Source of the DNA: a virus
Taxonomy: Duplodnaviria; Caudoviricetes
Virus record (IMG/VR): IMGVR_UViG_3300012940_000040
Location: 1 to 45,759 of that record
Strand: one strand, 5' to 3'
DNA: 45,759 nucleotides
Positions 35,336 through 44,698 of the stretch are shown here, one piece after another. The position numbers and the translations under genes were made by a program. Each line of letters starts with the position of its first letter. Position 1 is the first letter of the stretch. The notes under the pieces were generated by a model. The model saw only the letters and a program-made list of their open reading frames with translations, searched no databases and was not told where the DNA came from.

Positions 35336-35366
35336 ATCATATTTAAAGAAATAAATAATAATTAAG

Positions 35367-36719
35367 ATGAAAAATAAGGTAGATAAAAAAATCTTAAAGG
35401 AAGAAGAAGGCTTATCTACTCCAAAGCCAATTAATAGATATACTGAAAGTGATATTGAAAGTACTATTAAGGGTGTATTGGAGAAAGAGTTTAAAGACTT
35501 CACTTTAAAAACTTATCAACATCAAGGAGAAACAGAATATATCAATTTAATTATTTGTTCAGAAATTGAAGATTTGAATAAAGATTTAGAGTTAAAAAGA
35601 TATGTTATTTCTAGGACTATTTCTGAATTTAGAAGATCATTTTTAACAGAATTAAGCAAGTATTTGAATGTTGTTAATGTTAATTGTGGTAGTTACAGTT
35701 TTGTAAAAGGAACTGATAAAATTACTTTCACTGTTACTATATTATTAAGTGATAATAATATTAGCGATTGGGTTAGTGGAAATAGAAAAAAAGTTGAATC
35801 TAATAAAGAATTTGTAAAAAAATCAAAAAATACAATGAAAAATAGTGTTACTGAAATAAAAGCTATTAGAAATGTTTTGACAAATTTATACGAATCAGTT
35901 TTGAAAGAAGGTAAAGTAACTAAATCATTCGAAACTAAGAAAGATGAATTTGAAATTAAAGAAAGTTTAGCTAAAAAAGGATTAAAAGCATCTGTTGAAA
36001 AAGCAGGAGTTGTAAGAGTTACTTACAATGATAAAAAGTATAATGAAGATGAAATTAAAAAATTAATGGAATCTAAAGAAATGCAAAATGTTAAAGTAAT
36101 TCTTGAAAGCATATACAAACAAATTTTAACAGAAGCTAGACCTAAAAAAAAAATTGAAGTGGAGCCAGAAGTTGAAAGTGAACCACAACAAAAAATAGAT
36201 ACTAAAAGTGAGCGTAAACTTCAAAAAGCTATTAGAGAATATGCTGCTTTATCTAATGAAATTGAAGAATTAGAAGAACAACATAGAAAGTTTATGCAAA
36301 AAAGAAATGACAAACAGACAAAATTAGAAGAAGTAATTTATTCAACAATGAAGTCTGTTAACATGAATTTATATATAGTAGATGAAATTGTTGCTAAATT
36401 AAGTGCTGAATTTGAAAGAGAAAATACAAAGTATGCTAAAATGTTTGAAGAACTTTTGACTAAAGTAAATGATGATACTAAAAAAGTTATTCACAAATTA
36501 AAGAAAAAATATACTTCTACAACTACTGTATATAGTAGATTGGATGTTCAACCACCTGCTTATCCTAGAGGCAAAGGTAAGAGAAATGAATCTTTAATTA
36601 AAGAAAGTTTTGTTAGTTGGTTTAAAGATGTGTTTTCTATTCTAAAAGGTTATTTATCAAGTTTAACTGCTAGTAGAAAAAAATTACAAGAATTAGCACA
36701 TGAAGTTAATTTGATATAA
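35367..36719 (+). CDS. Hypothetical multi-segment head-module protein
   Basis: 450 aa with ILKE, VLKE, ILTE and LIKE sites. Two similar helices: IRNVLTNLYESVLKE and VKVILESIYKQILTE. Confidence 0.8.
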   Translation: MKNKVDKKILKEEEGLSTPKPINRYTESDIESTIKGVLEKEFKDFTLKTYQHQGETEYINLIICSEIEDLNKDLELKRYVISRTISEFRRSFLTELSKYLNVVNVNCGSYSFVKGTDKITFTVTILLSDNNISDWVSGNRKKVESNKEFVKKSKNTMKNSVTEIKAIRNVLTNLYESVLKEGKVTKSFETKKDEFEIKESLAKKGLKASVEKAGVVRVTYNDKKYNEDEIKKLMESKEMQNVKVILESIYKQILTEARPKKKIEVEPEVESEPQQKIDTKSERKLQKAIREYAALSNEIEELEEQHRKFMQKRNDKQTKLEEVIYSTMKSVNMNLYIVDEIVAKLSAEFERENTKYAKMFEELLTKVNDDTKKVIHKLKKKYTSTTTVYSRLDVQPPAYPRGKGKRNESLIKESFVSWFKDVFSILKGYLSSLTASRKKLQELAHEVNLI

Positions 36720-36801
36720 AAAAGCAAAAAAATAAATACTATAATATTTAAAAAAGTAAATTTATACAATACATTTTAATTTAAATTAAAATAAATATTA
36801 A

Positions 36802-38202
36802 ATGGCAATAAAAAATAAAAAAACTTCTTTAAAAGAACAATCTGTAGAAAACAGATTAAGAGAAAAACTTAAAGAAAGTTATAATAATTTTCTTAAAGAA
36901 GAAGATGAAGATTTAGACTTGTCTGATGAAGATATTGATTCTGATGAAGATTTAGATTTTGGTTCAGATGAATTTGGTGGTGATGAAGGCGGTGAAGATG
37001 CTGGATTAGAAGATGATTTTTCTGATGAATTAGAGAATCCTGAAGAAGAAGAATTAACTCCTTCACAAGAAGAATTTTTTGATGATCAAATTGATTTATT
37101 ATTAGAACCTAATGTAGAACAACCTGAATTAGAAGAAACTGAAGAATTTTTAGGTGAGGCTGAAGGTGATAATGATGAATTTGCTGAAGATTCTTTTGAT
37201 TTTGAAGATGAAGATGGTTTTGGTGATGAAGAAGATGTTGATATTGAATCTGATTCTGATGATTTAGATGGATTTAACGATTCTTTAGAAGATGAAATGT
37301 CTGATGATTCTGCAATTGATGATGAAGAATTACAAGCTATAATTGATGCTCCTAATACTTACGAAATGTTGGGTGATGTTTTAAGAGATGAAGCAATTGA
37401 TGCATTCCCTTCTGATGAAGAATTATCTGATGACATTGATAGCGAAGTTGAATTAGAAGATGAATTAGATGAAGCATGGGATTTATATGATCAAACAGGA
37501 AACCATGATCAAGTTGGCTCTATGAAAAGAGTAGTTAATGAAGCAAATAAAAATACTAAACAAACAACAATGAAAAAAGCACAACCAGCTAAAAAACAAA
37601 AAGTTGCTGCTAAAAATGCTTCTTTAAAAGAAGAAATTAAATTAACTCCTGAATTAAAGCAATTAGACTTTGACGAAGAAGATAGTGATTTGGAAAGTTC
37701 TTATGATAAAGTTTCAAAACCTGAAGGCAAAGAAGGTAAAGTTGAACATGGTAAAGGTTTAACTCAAAACATGAAAGCGCAGGAAATGAAAAAAGAATCT
37801 ATTGAAAAATCAAAGATGTTAGTTAAAGCAGCTAAACATATCAATAATTTGGCTAAAAAAGTTAAAGAATTACAACTTGAAAATTATCGTTTAATTAAAG
37901 CTAATGGCATTTTGTCTGCTGCTGCTGATAAATTAGATAAAGAATCAAGAAAGAAAATTTCTGAAAGTTTTGATAAATGCAATAGCACTAAACAAGTTGA
38001 TCAATTATATGGACAAATTGTAAATACAATTAAGCAAAAAAGTAGACCATCTTTAAATGAATCAGTTAATAAAGTAAAATCTTCTGTAACAACTACTAAT
38101 ATTTTAAAAGAAGGTAAAGAAGAAAAATTATCTTTAGCACAACAAAGGAAGAATTTATTAATGGGCTTATCTACTGAAGATGATGTTTATATGAATTTTT
38201 AA
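36802..38202 (+). CDS. Prohead scaffold protein (gp22-equivalent)
   Basis: Extremely acidic central region and C-terminal coiled coil, immediately upstream of the major capsid gene, with many LKE/LNE sites. Confidence 0.75.
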   Translation: MAIKNKKTSLKEQSVENRLREKLKESYNNFLKEEDEDLDLSDEDIDSDEDLDFGSDEFGGDEGGEDAGLEDDFSDELENPEEEELTPSQEEFFDDQIDLLLEPNVEQPELEETEEFLGEAEGDNDEFAEDSFDFEDEDGFGDEEDVDIESDSDDLDGFNDSLEDEMSDDSAIDDEELQAIIDAPNTYEMLGDVLRDEAIDAFPSDEELSDDIDSEVELEDELDEAWDLYDQTGNHDQVGSMKRVVNEANKNTKQTTMKKAQPAKKQKVAAKNASLKEEIKLTPELKQLDFDEEDSDLESSYDKVSKPEGKEGKVEHGKGLTQNMKAQEMKKESIEKSKMLVKAAKHINNLAKKVKELQLENYRLIKANGILSAAADKLDKESRKKISESFDKCNSTKQVDQLYGQIVNTIKQKSRPSLNESVNKVKSSVTTTNILKEGKEEKLSLAQQRKNLLMGLSTEDDVYMNF

Positions 38203-38211
38203 AAATCACCA

Positions 38212-38219
38212 TATTTAAA
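38212..38219 (+). promoter_or_regulatory. Putative late promoter TATTTAAA (major capsid gene)
   Basis: TATTTAAAATTAAAA; a near-identical context precedes the sheath (40083) and tube (43702) genes. Confidence 0.65.
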
Positions 38220-38267
38220 ATTAAAATTAAAAACACAATAAATTGTATAACGTTAAATTTCAAATAA

Positions 38268-39995
38268 ATGAAATTGTTAAAAGAAAACATAGAAAATAAA
38301 AATTTGGGAAGGCTTATCGAACAAGACGAGAAAGCTAAACGTCAAGTTTTAGTAGAAGCATGGACTGGTACTGGTTATTTATTTGGTTTAAAAGGTCGTG
38401 ATGCTGCTAATATGGCGGTATTAATGGAAAACCAAAAGAAACAAATTTTAAAAGAAAACACAAGTACTGCTGATATGGCTGTATTTGATACTATTGCAAT
38501 TCCTATGATTCGTAGACAGAATGCATTAATGGTTTCTCCTAATTTAATTTCTGTTCAACCTTTATCTTACCCTAACGGTTTAGCATTCTATATGGATTAT
38601 AAAGTATCTTCAACTAAAAAACCTTTAAGAAGTGATTATTTAGAAAATGATCTTTCTGGTGGTCAAGCTGATGATATGAAAGGTAACCAATTCCAAAGCG
38701 TATCTGGTTATGATCAATTCTACGACAATGCAAATTACGATCTTTCTAAAGGTAAAGTAATTGCTCGTGGTTGGAATGGTACTAACTTCGATAACTCCGC
38801 TTCTGGTGGTCAAAACGATACTGCAAATGCCGCTGCATTATCTGCTGTTGCTGATTTGACTGATGCTAATAACAACGCTCAATTCGCTATTGTAGAATTT
38901 GATCTTTCTACAATCGGTGGTATTGGAATGGATGAAGCTGCTTCTATTATGATTTATGATGCTGCTGGTGGTGCTTTAGCTGGTAGAGATTTCTACTTCC
39001 AAAGAGTTCCACAAAATTACACTGATGATATTATGTCATCTGGACGTAATGCTAATCCTTTTGCTCCAAATAACACTACTTCTACTTTGGGTAGACCCGG
39101 TGGCCCTGGCGCTCCTAACCAAAAGTTAAGAGTTAAAATTATTCCTACTCGTTCTGATGTTGGTACATTACAGTTAAGATTAGGTTTCCGTCAATACTTA
39201 AATTTAGAATTATATCCTGCATTCAGTTCTGAATTAAAAATGGATATTGTGAGTGTTGATATTAAAACTCAAATCCATAAATTGAAAACTGCTTGGACTG
39301 TTGAATTAGCGCAAGACCTTATGGCTTACTATGCAATTGATGCTGAAGCTGAATTAAGTCAATTGTTAGCAGAACAAATTGCTGGTGAGAAAGATAGAAT
39401 GATTATTCGTGAGTTAATTACCTTAGCTGGTCACTTAGAATTATGGCAAGCCGATTTCTATGACGCTGTTGACCCTAATCCTGCAAATACTGTATTCCGT
39501 GGAACTGAAGCTGGTTATAACCAAACTTTAATCTACAAAATCAATAATATTGATGCTAAAATTAGAAAATCAACTAAACAAGGTGGTGCTAACTGGATTG
39601 TAATTTCTGCTGAAGGTGCTGCAAAAATCGCTAACTTAGATACTTTCAAAGGTTTTGATGTTGACGAAAATGGTACTAAATTCGCTATGGGTGTAGAAAG
39701 AATTGGTACACTTGAAAGAAAATATCAAGTTTATGTTGACCCTAATTTACCCGGTCATATCTGCTTAGTAGGTAGAAAAGGTACTTCTTTCTTTGACACT
39801 GGATATGTATATTGCCCATATATTGAGTATATCTTATCTCCAACTGTTATCGAAGATCAGGACTTTAACCCACGTAAAATGATCAGTTCTCGTTTCGGTA
39901 CTAAAATGTTAAACAACCGTTTCTATGGTGTAGTTTATATGCAAGGTATTAAAACTTTCGAAGCTGTTCAACCTGCTTTAGTAAACAATGCTTAA
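38268..39995 (+). CDS. Major capsid protein (T4 gp23-like)
   Basis: MAVLMENQ, IPMIRR, SVQPLSYPNGLAFY, KLKTAWTVELAQDL, IDAEAEL, YVYCPY, FNPRK..SRF. Propeptide probably ends at ILKE. Confidence 0.97.
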   Translation: MKLLKENIENKNLGRLIEQDEKAKRQVLVEAWTGTGYLFGLKGRDAANMAVLMENQKKQILKENTSTADMAVFDTIAIPMIRRQNALMVSPNLISVQPLSYPNGLAFYMDYKVSSTKKPLRSDYLENDLSGGQADDMKGNQFQSVSGYDQFYDNANYDLSKGKVIARGWNGTNFDNSASGGQNDTANAAALSAVADLTDANNNAQFAIVEFDLSTIGGIGMDEAASIMIYDAAGGALAGRDFYFQRVPQNYTDDIMSSGRNANPFAPNNTTSTLGRPGGPGAPNQKLRVKIIPTRSDVGTLQLRLGFRQYLNLELYPAFSSELKMDIVSVDIKTQIHKLKTAWTVELAQDLMAYYAIDAEAELSQLLAEQIAGEKDRMIIRELITLAGHLELWQADFYDAVDPNPANTVFRGTEAGYNQTLIYKINNIDAKIRKSTKQGGANWIVISAEGAAKIANLDTFKGFDVDENGTKFAMGVERIGTLERKYQVYVDPNLPGHICLVGRKGTSFFDTGYVYCPYIEYILSPTVIEDQDFNPRKMISSRFGTKMLNNRFYGVVYMQGIKTFEAVQPALVNNA

Positions 39996-40020
39996 TATTG
40001 AAAGTAGAATTTAAAAATAA

Positions 40021-40049
40021 AAAAGGGCTAGATTATTTCTAGCCCTTTT
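40021..40049 (+). terminator. Intrinsic terminator
   Basis: AAAAGGGCTAGA-TTATT-TCTAGCCCTTTT. Confidence 0.85.
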
Positions 40050-40133
40050 GTTGTTTTATAAACGTTCTTTCTATTTCTTCACTATTTAAAAATTAAAATC
40101 TAATTATTTAACAATTATTATATAAGACAAGAA

Positions 40134-42905
40134 ATGGCAACAAAAATAACTGATGTTTCAAGAGTTCCATATCAATCATCTGGTGTGTATTTTCGTGAAG
40201 TTGACTTGACTGTAGTTTCTCGTGCCACTGGTGGTTTTTCTGCTGCCTTGATTGGTTTAACAGAGAAAGGCCCAGCTTTCGATATTTCAAATAGCGCAAC
40301 ATATGAAGATAGAGCATTTAGATTGGGAGAATTGAATCCTAAATTCCCTTCAAGCTATTATGCTAGACAATATCTTGAACAAGCAAGAAATTTTAAAGAA
40401 ATAAGAGTTCTAGGTCTTGAAGGTTATTCTGATAATGTTGGGTTTGCAATAGCTTTGGATGTACCGGGAAGTAGCCCTGCTGTTCCGGGTGTTTCTGCAT
40501 TACAATTAGGAACACAATCTTTAAGGTGCGTTTTAAAGAAAAGAAAAGTAACTGTAACAGGTAGAGCAGAAATTACATCTGTAGCTGTTGAAGCAGTTAC
40601 ATATACTGACCCTGTTTCAAATGTATCAGTAACAGCTGCTAATGATTATTTATTCGGTTTAAGAATAAATTATGCAGATAGTACTAATGAATTAATTATT
40701 ACATCATTAAGACCAGAAAGCAACGATTATATCGTAAAGAAATTTGGTAAAGACCCTTTAGATAGTCCTTTAATTAGAAATAATATAGCTTCTTTATGGG
40801 TAGATTTTGTTGTTCCTTCTGTAAAATGGAGGCCAACATTAACTTCTCCTTTGGGATATTATTTACCGGGAAGTACAGTTGCACAAAGTACATTGCCTAT
40901 TATGGTAGGAAATATTGCTTTTGGAACAAATATTACATTGCAAAGTGAAGCAATCTCAAATGTAACATCAAATTCAACTAGTGTTACTGTAGAATTAGCA
41001 ACTGATGTTACTGCATGGTTAGCAAATAATGACTATGTTCAAATTACTAACGTAAGTGGTACTGGTAATATTACTGCTGTTAATAATGTTTGGAAAGTAT
41101 CTAATGTTACATTAGTAGCTGGTAAAACACAATTTAATTTAATTGACAAAAATACTAATACTCCTTTAGTAATTCAAGGCCCTATTACATTTAGTAATGT
41201 TAATAACCCTGTAGCTGCTGAATATGCTAATCCTACATGGGAAGTTGAAGTATTAGACTTTTCTGAATTAGCTTACCAAACTCCTATTACTCCGTGGGTA
41301 GTTTCTGATGGTGATGTTAATGGTGATTTCAAAAGATTGTTTAGATTTTGGTCTATTTCTGATGGTAAATCAGCAAATACTGAAATTAAAATTGAAATTA
41401 AAAATATAGACCCAACTGGTAATAATGGTAAAGGTTCTTTTGATGTAGTTGTAAGAAAATGGGATGATCGTGATGATGCAAATCAAATTAAATTAGAAAC
41501 TTTTTCTAATTTAAATCTTGACCCTAAAGATGATAACTATATTTTAAGACGTATTGGTAATGGTGAAGATTTTGCTTTAAGAAGCAAATTTATCTTAATT
41601 GATATGAATCTTGATGAAGAAATACCTGCAAATTCATTACCGTGGGGTTGTTTTGGTTATCCTAATGTAACTGGAACTAAATTTGATGATATTAAATGGA
41701 CTTTAGATTATAGTAAAATTCAACCTATTACTAAACAAACTTTAGGTTTAGCGAATAATGCTATTAATATGTATAAAGCTATAGCACCCGATCAATTAGC
41801 ATTTAAACGTTCAATTGGTACTATTGGTAAAGGATTTCATCTTAATCCAAATAATAATACTGCTTTTGCTACTAGTCAAGCAAATTTATTTGAATTTGCT
41901 CCTTCTTCTATCTATCTTGATACTCAAAATAGAGTAGTGGTACCTACTGAAAAAGTAAGAAGAAATAAATTCGTATTAGATTTTTATGGTGGTTTTGATG
42001 GCTGGAATGTATATAGTAAAAGAACATGGGGTGATATTACTTCTAAAGACTATGAAGCATTAACTTATGCAGTTGAAATTTTAAAAGATAAAGAAAGTCT
42101 TGACACTGATTTTACTGTTTTAGTAACTCCTGATATGTATTTTGATATACATCCTTCTGCTTGTGAATTAGTTTTAGATATGGTAAGAGAAAGGGGGGAT
42201 GCATTATATATTCCTGATATGAGTTATGACCCAACGGCAGATATTTATAATGCTGTTGATTTAACTAATAATTCAAATATGAAAAGTAATTCTGTTGCTA
42301 TTTACTTCCCATATTGTCAAATGGAAGATACAATTAATAAAAGCAATATTTGGTTACCACCTTCAATTTTAGCTTTAGGTACAATTACTTATGTTGCAAA
42401 TAATGAACAGGTATGGCAACCGCCCGGTGGTTCAATAAGAACTGTTACTAATAACTTATTGAGAACTAGAAAAAGGTTGACATTACCAGATAGGGAAGTA
42501 TTAAAAACTGCTAATATCAATCCAATAACTTACTTCCCTGGAAGTGGTTATGAAATTACTGAAGTTAGAACTACACAAGAGTATTTTTCTGCTTTATCTT
42601 TTATTCATAATAGATTATTGTTATGTTATGCTAAGAAAATTCTTAATCAAATTTTAAGGCCATTATTATTCCAATTAAATAGTCAAGTATCAAGGGATGC
42701 ATTCTTAATGACTGTAAGACCTATATTTGATAGAATTAAAAAATTAAATGGTGTTGAAGAATATGCTGTTGATATAGTTGATCGTCCTGAATTGAATGAT
42801 AGGACTACATTATATGGTAGAATTACAATAGTTCCATTATTCCCGATTGAAAGAATCGTTATTGACTTCGTATTACAAGATTCTGGCGTTAGTTTTAATG
42901 CTTAA
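40134..42905 (+). CDS. Contractile tail sheath protein (gp18-like)
   Basis: SSGVYFREVDLT, GLTEKGPAF, FYGGFDGW, NINPITYFPG, RLLL..KK, LFQLN and IERIVIDF. Confidence 0.95.
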   Translation: MATKITDVSRVPYQSSGVYFREVDLTVVSRATGGFSAALIGLTEKGPAFDISNSATYEDRAFRLGELNPKFPSSYYARQYLEQARNFKEIRVLGLEGYSDNVGFAIALDVPGSSPAVPGVSALQLGTQSLRCVLKKRKVTVTGRAEITSVAVEAVTYTDPVSNVSVTAANDYLFGLRINYADSTNELIITSLRPESNDYIVKKFGKDPLDSPLIRNNIASLWVDFVVPSVKWRPTLTSPLGYYLPGSTVAQSTLPIMVGNIAFGTNITLQSEAISNVTSNSTSVTVELATDVTAWLANNDYVQITNVSGTGNITAVNNVWKVSNVTLVAGKTQFNLIDKNTNTPLVIQGPITFSNVNNPVAAEYANPTWEVEVLDFSELAYQTPITPWVVSDGDVNGDFKRLFRFWSISDGKSANTEIKIEIKNIDPTGNNGKGSFDVVVRKWDDRDDANQIKLETFSNLNLDPKDDNYILRRIGNGEDFALRSKFILIDMNLDEEIPANSLPWGCFGYPNVTGTKFDDIKWTLDYSKIQPITKQTLGLANNAINMYKAIAPDQLAFKRSIGTIGKGFHLNPNNNTAFATSQANLFEFAPSSIYLDTQNRVVVPTEKVRRNKFVLDFYGGFDGWNVYSKRTWGDITSKDYEALTYAVEILKDKESLDTDFTVLVTPDMYFDIHPSACELVLDMVRERGDALYIPDMSYDPTADIYNAVDLTNNSNMKSNSVAIYFPYCQMEDTINKSNIWLPPSILALGTITYVANNEQVWQPPGGSIRTVTNNLLRTRKRLTLPDREVLKTANINPITYFPGSGYEITEVRTTQEYFSALSFIHNRLLLCYAKKILNQILRPLLFQLNSQVSRDAFLMTVRPIFDRIKKLNGVEEYAVDIVDRPELNDRTTLYGRITIVPLFPIERIVIDFVLQDSGVSFNA

Positions 42906-42913
42906 TAAAATTT

Positions 42914-42949
42914 AAATAGAAGTGAGTTAAAAATACTCACTTCTATTTT
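42914..42949 (+). terminator. Intrinsic terminator
   Basis: AAATAGAAGTGAGT-loop-ACTCACTTCTATTTT. Confidence 0.75.
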
Positions 42950-42970
42950 ATTGTTAAAATATAAATATAA

Positions 42971-43219
42971 ATGACAAAAGAAGAAAGAAAAATAGCTATT
43001 TTAACCCAAAAACTTGAAGAAGCGACTGGTAAAAAAGTTGTTTTAGAAGAAGGTAAAGCAGGTATTATTCAAGAAGTAAATAGAATAGTTAGTTTTGCTC
43101 AAATTTTAAAAGAAAGTGTATCAAAAATTCCTAGCAAATATAAACCTGAAGCAGTTATAATTAAATTGCGTGATGCAATTGATAGATTAGAATCTAAATT
43201 GGAAGATGAAATGGTTTAA
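42971..43219 (+). CDS. Small hypothetical protein with the shared N-terminal cassette
   Basis: MTKEERKIAILTQKLEEATGKKVVLEE followed by a two-helix domain. Confidence 0.8.
   Translation: MTKEERKIAILTQKLEEATGKKVVLEEGKAGIIQEVNRIVSFAQILKESVSKIPSKYKPEAVIIKLRDAIDRLESKLEDEMV
42980..43051 (+). repeat. 72-bp in-frame dispersed repeat, copy 2
   Basis: 66/72 nt identical to 34946-35017. Confidence 0.9.
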
Positions 43220-43267
43220 TAATTTGCCAAAGAATAATGTAAGTAATTTTTTAAAAAACAAAAATAA

Positions 43268-43609
43268 ATGAAAAAAGAACAAGTTATTTCAATTGTAAGA
43301 CACGTATTATCTGTAGTGGGTGGTCTTTTATTAGCTTATGGTATTGGACAAGAAGTATTATTTGCTAATTTCTCCGGTGTTGTTTTAGGATTGGTTTCTT
43401 TAGTTTGGTCTATTAAAGACAAAACAGCTACAATTAGTCAAACTGCTGGTGTTATCAGACAAGTATTGACTTTTGTTGGTGGTTTCTTGATTTTAAAAGG
43501 TCTTTTAACACCTGAAAAATTAGAAGCTACAATTGGTGCCTTAGTTGCATTATTACCTGTTATCTTAGGCCAATTTGATAAAATCCCTTCAACTCCTAGT
43601 GAAGAATAA
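43268..43609 (+). CDS. Putative holin, four TM helices from a tandem duplication
   Basis: SIVRHVLSVVGGLLLAYG and GVIRQVLTFVGGFLILKG repeat units, each followed by a second hydrophobic helix. Confidence 0.65.
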   Translation: MKKEQVISIVRHVLSVVGGLLLAYGIGQEVLFANFSGVVLGLVSLVWSIKDKTATISQTAGVIRQVLTFVGGFLILKGLLTPEKLEATIGALVALLPVILGQFDKIPSTPSEE

Positions 43610-43644
43610 AAACCATAATTAAAAAAATTTTTTGTTAACCCTAT

Positions 43645-43673
43645 AAAGCTAGAAAAAAATTCTAGCTTTTTTT
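43645..43673 (+). terminator. Intrinsic terminator
   Basis: AAAGCTAGAA-loop-TTCTAGCTTTTTTT. Confidence 0.8.
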
Positions 43674-43751
43674 ATTTTAAAATAAAACATGTATTCATAC
43701 ATATTTAAAATTAAAATATTAAACAATTAAAACAACTTAAATTTAAGAATA

Positions 43752-44249
43752 ATGGCAGGTAACGCTTTGTTTTCAGGTATTCCTTTAGAATATCCAATTT
43801 TAAGGAAGGATATGTGGTCGCTTATTTTTCCTCCTGAAATGGGTATAAGCGAAAGGTTTCAAGTTACTGCATCAAGACCGCAGTTAACTAATTCTGTTAA
43901 AATATTAAAATATAAAAATTCGTTCACAAAATATAAAGGCCCTACTCAATTTGAAAACATTAATATTTCATTTAGGGATGTTGTAGGCCCTTCTGTAATG
44001 CAAAAATTATGGGCTTGGCAACGTCAGCATTATGACCCAATTACAGGTTGTGGTGGTTATCCTTCAATTTATAAGAAAAATATTACTTTGGTTATGGAAG
44101 ATGAATGTGGTAATCCAGTTCAAAAATGGATTTATTATGGTTGCTTTATCGCTAGTTTAAACGGTGGTGGCCTTGATATGGAGAATGATGCAGACCCCGC
44201 ATTAGTTGAATTAACTTTAGCTTATGATTATGCTTCGTTAGAATTTTAA
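43752..44249 (+). CDS. Tail tube protein (gp19-like)
   Basis: TASRP, ISFRD, LWAWQ, GY...YKKNITL, W...GCF and LTLAYD, downstream of the sheath gene. Confidence 0.9.
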   Translation: MAGNALFSGIPLEYPILRKDMWSLIFPPEMGISERFQVTASRPQLTNSVKILKYKNSFTKYKGPTQFENINISFRDVVGPSVMQKLWAWQRQHYDPITGCGGYPSIYKKNITLVMEDECGNPVQKWIYYGCFIASLNGGGLDMENDADPALVELTLAYDYASLEF

Positions 44250-44275
44250 TATTTTTAATATTTTTTTAAAATATC

Positions 44276-44303
44276 AAAGGGCTAAATTTTTTAGCCCTTT
44301 TTT
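44276..44303 (+). terminator. Intrinsic terminator
   Basis: AAAGGGCTAAA-TTT-TTTAGCCCTTTTTT. Confidence 0.85.
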
Positions 44304-44353
44304 CATTTAATATTAATATTTAAAAATATAATGAAACACTAAATATTTTTCTA

Positions 44354-44698
44354 ATGGCACTAGATTTAAAGTATTATAACGAAACAACAATAAGTGCAGC
44401 AAAGGGTTTAAATAATAATATTGTTAAAGATTATTATTTCTTAGAAAAATATGAAACATTGAAATTATTAGATTCAAAATTTAAATCTAGAAAAATATAC
44501 CATAGTAAGGCATTTAATTCATTTATAGTAATTTTTAATACTGATAAGGATGAAGGTGATGTTTTTAATTATTTAGCTAAATTAAAAAAAGGTTATTCAG
44601 GTATTCAATTGATACTAGATATTGAATATGATAAAGAACAAGATATATTAAATTATATATTAAAAATAGAATATAAAAATGAAGTTAGTTTGCATTAA
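44354..44698 (+). CDS. Hypothetical late protein
   Basis: 114-aa ORF after TATTTAAA (44317-44324). Confidence 0.7.
   Translation: MALDLKYYNETTISAAKGLNNNIVKDYYFLEKYETLKLLDSKFKSRKIYHSKAFNSFIVIFNTDKDEGDVFNYLAKLKKGYSGIQLILDIEYDKEQDILNYILKIEYKNEVSLH

Noticed and set aside
36890-37480. GAT/GAA-rich tract as a DNA tandem repeat
   Set aside because: It is explained by the Asp/Glu-rich coding sequence of the scaffold and has no fixed repeat unit.
6175-40317. Short ORFs antisense to long genes (6175, 8653, 13962, 17051, 17484, 21471, 23413, 28608, 32019, 32459, 33552, 34873, 35312, 40108)
   Set aside because: They overlap well-supported genes on the opposite strand, mostly have non-ATG starts and show no motifs.
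28961-44303. Similar AAAG(G)GCTA stems in several terminators as a mobile repeat family
   Set aside because: They are short, have variable loops and are adequately explained as ordinary intrinsic terminators.
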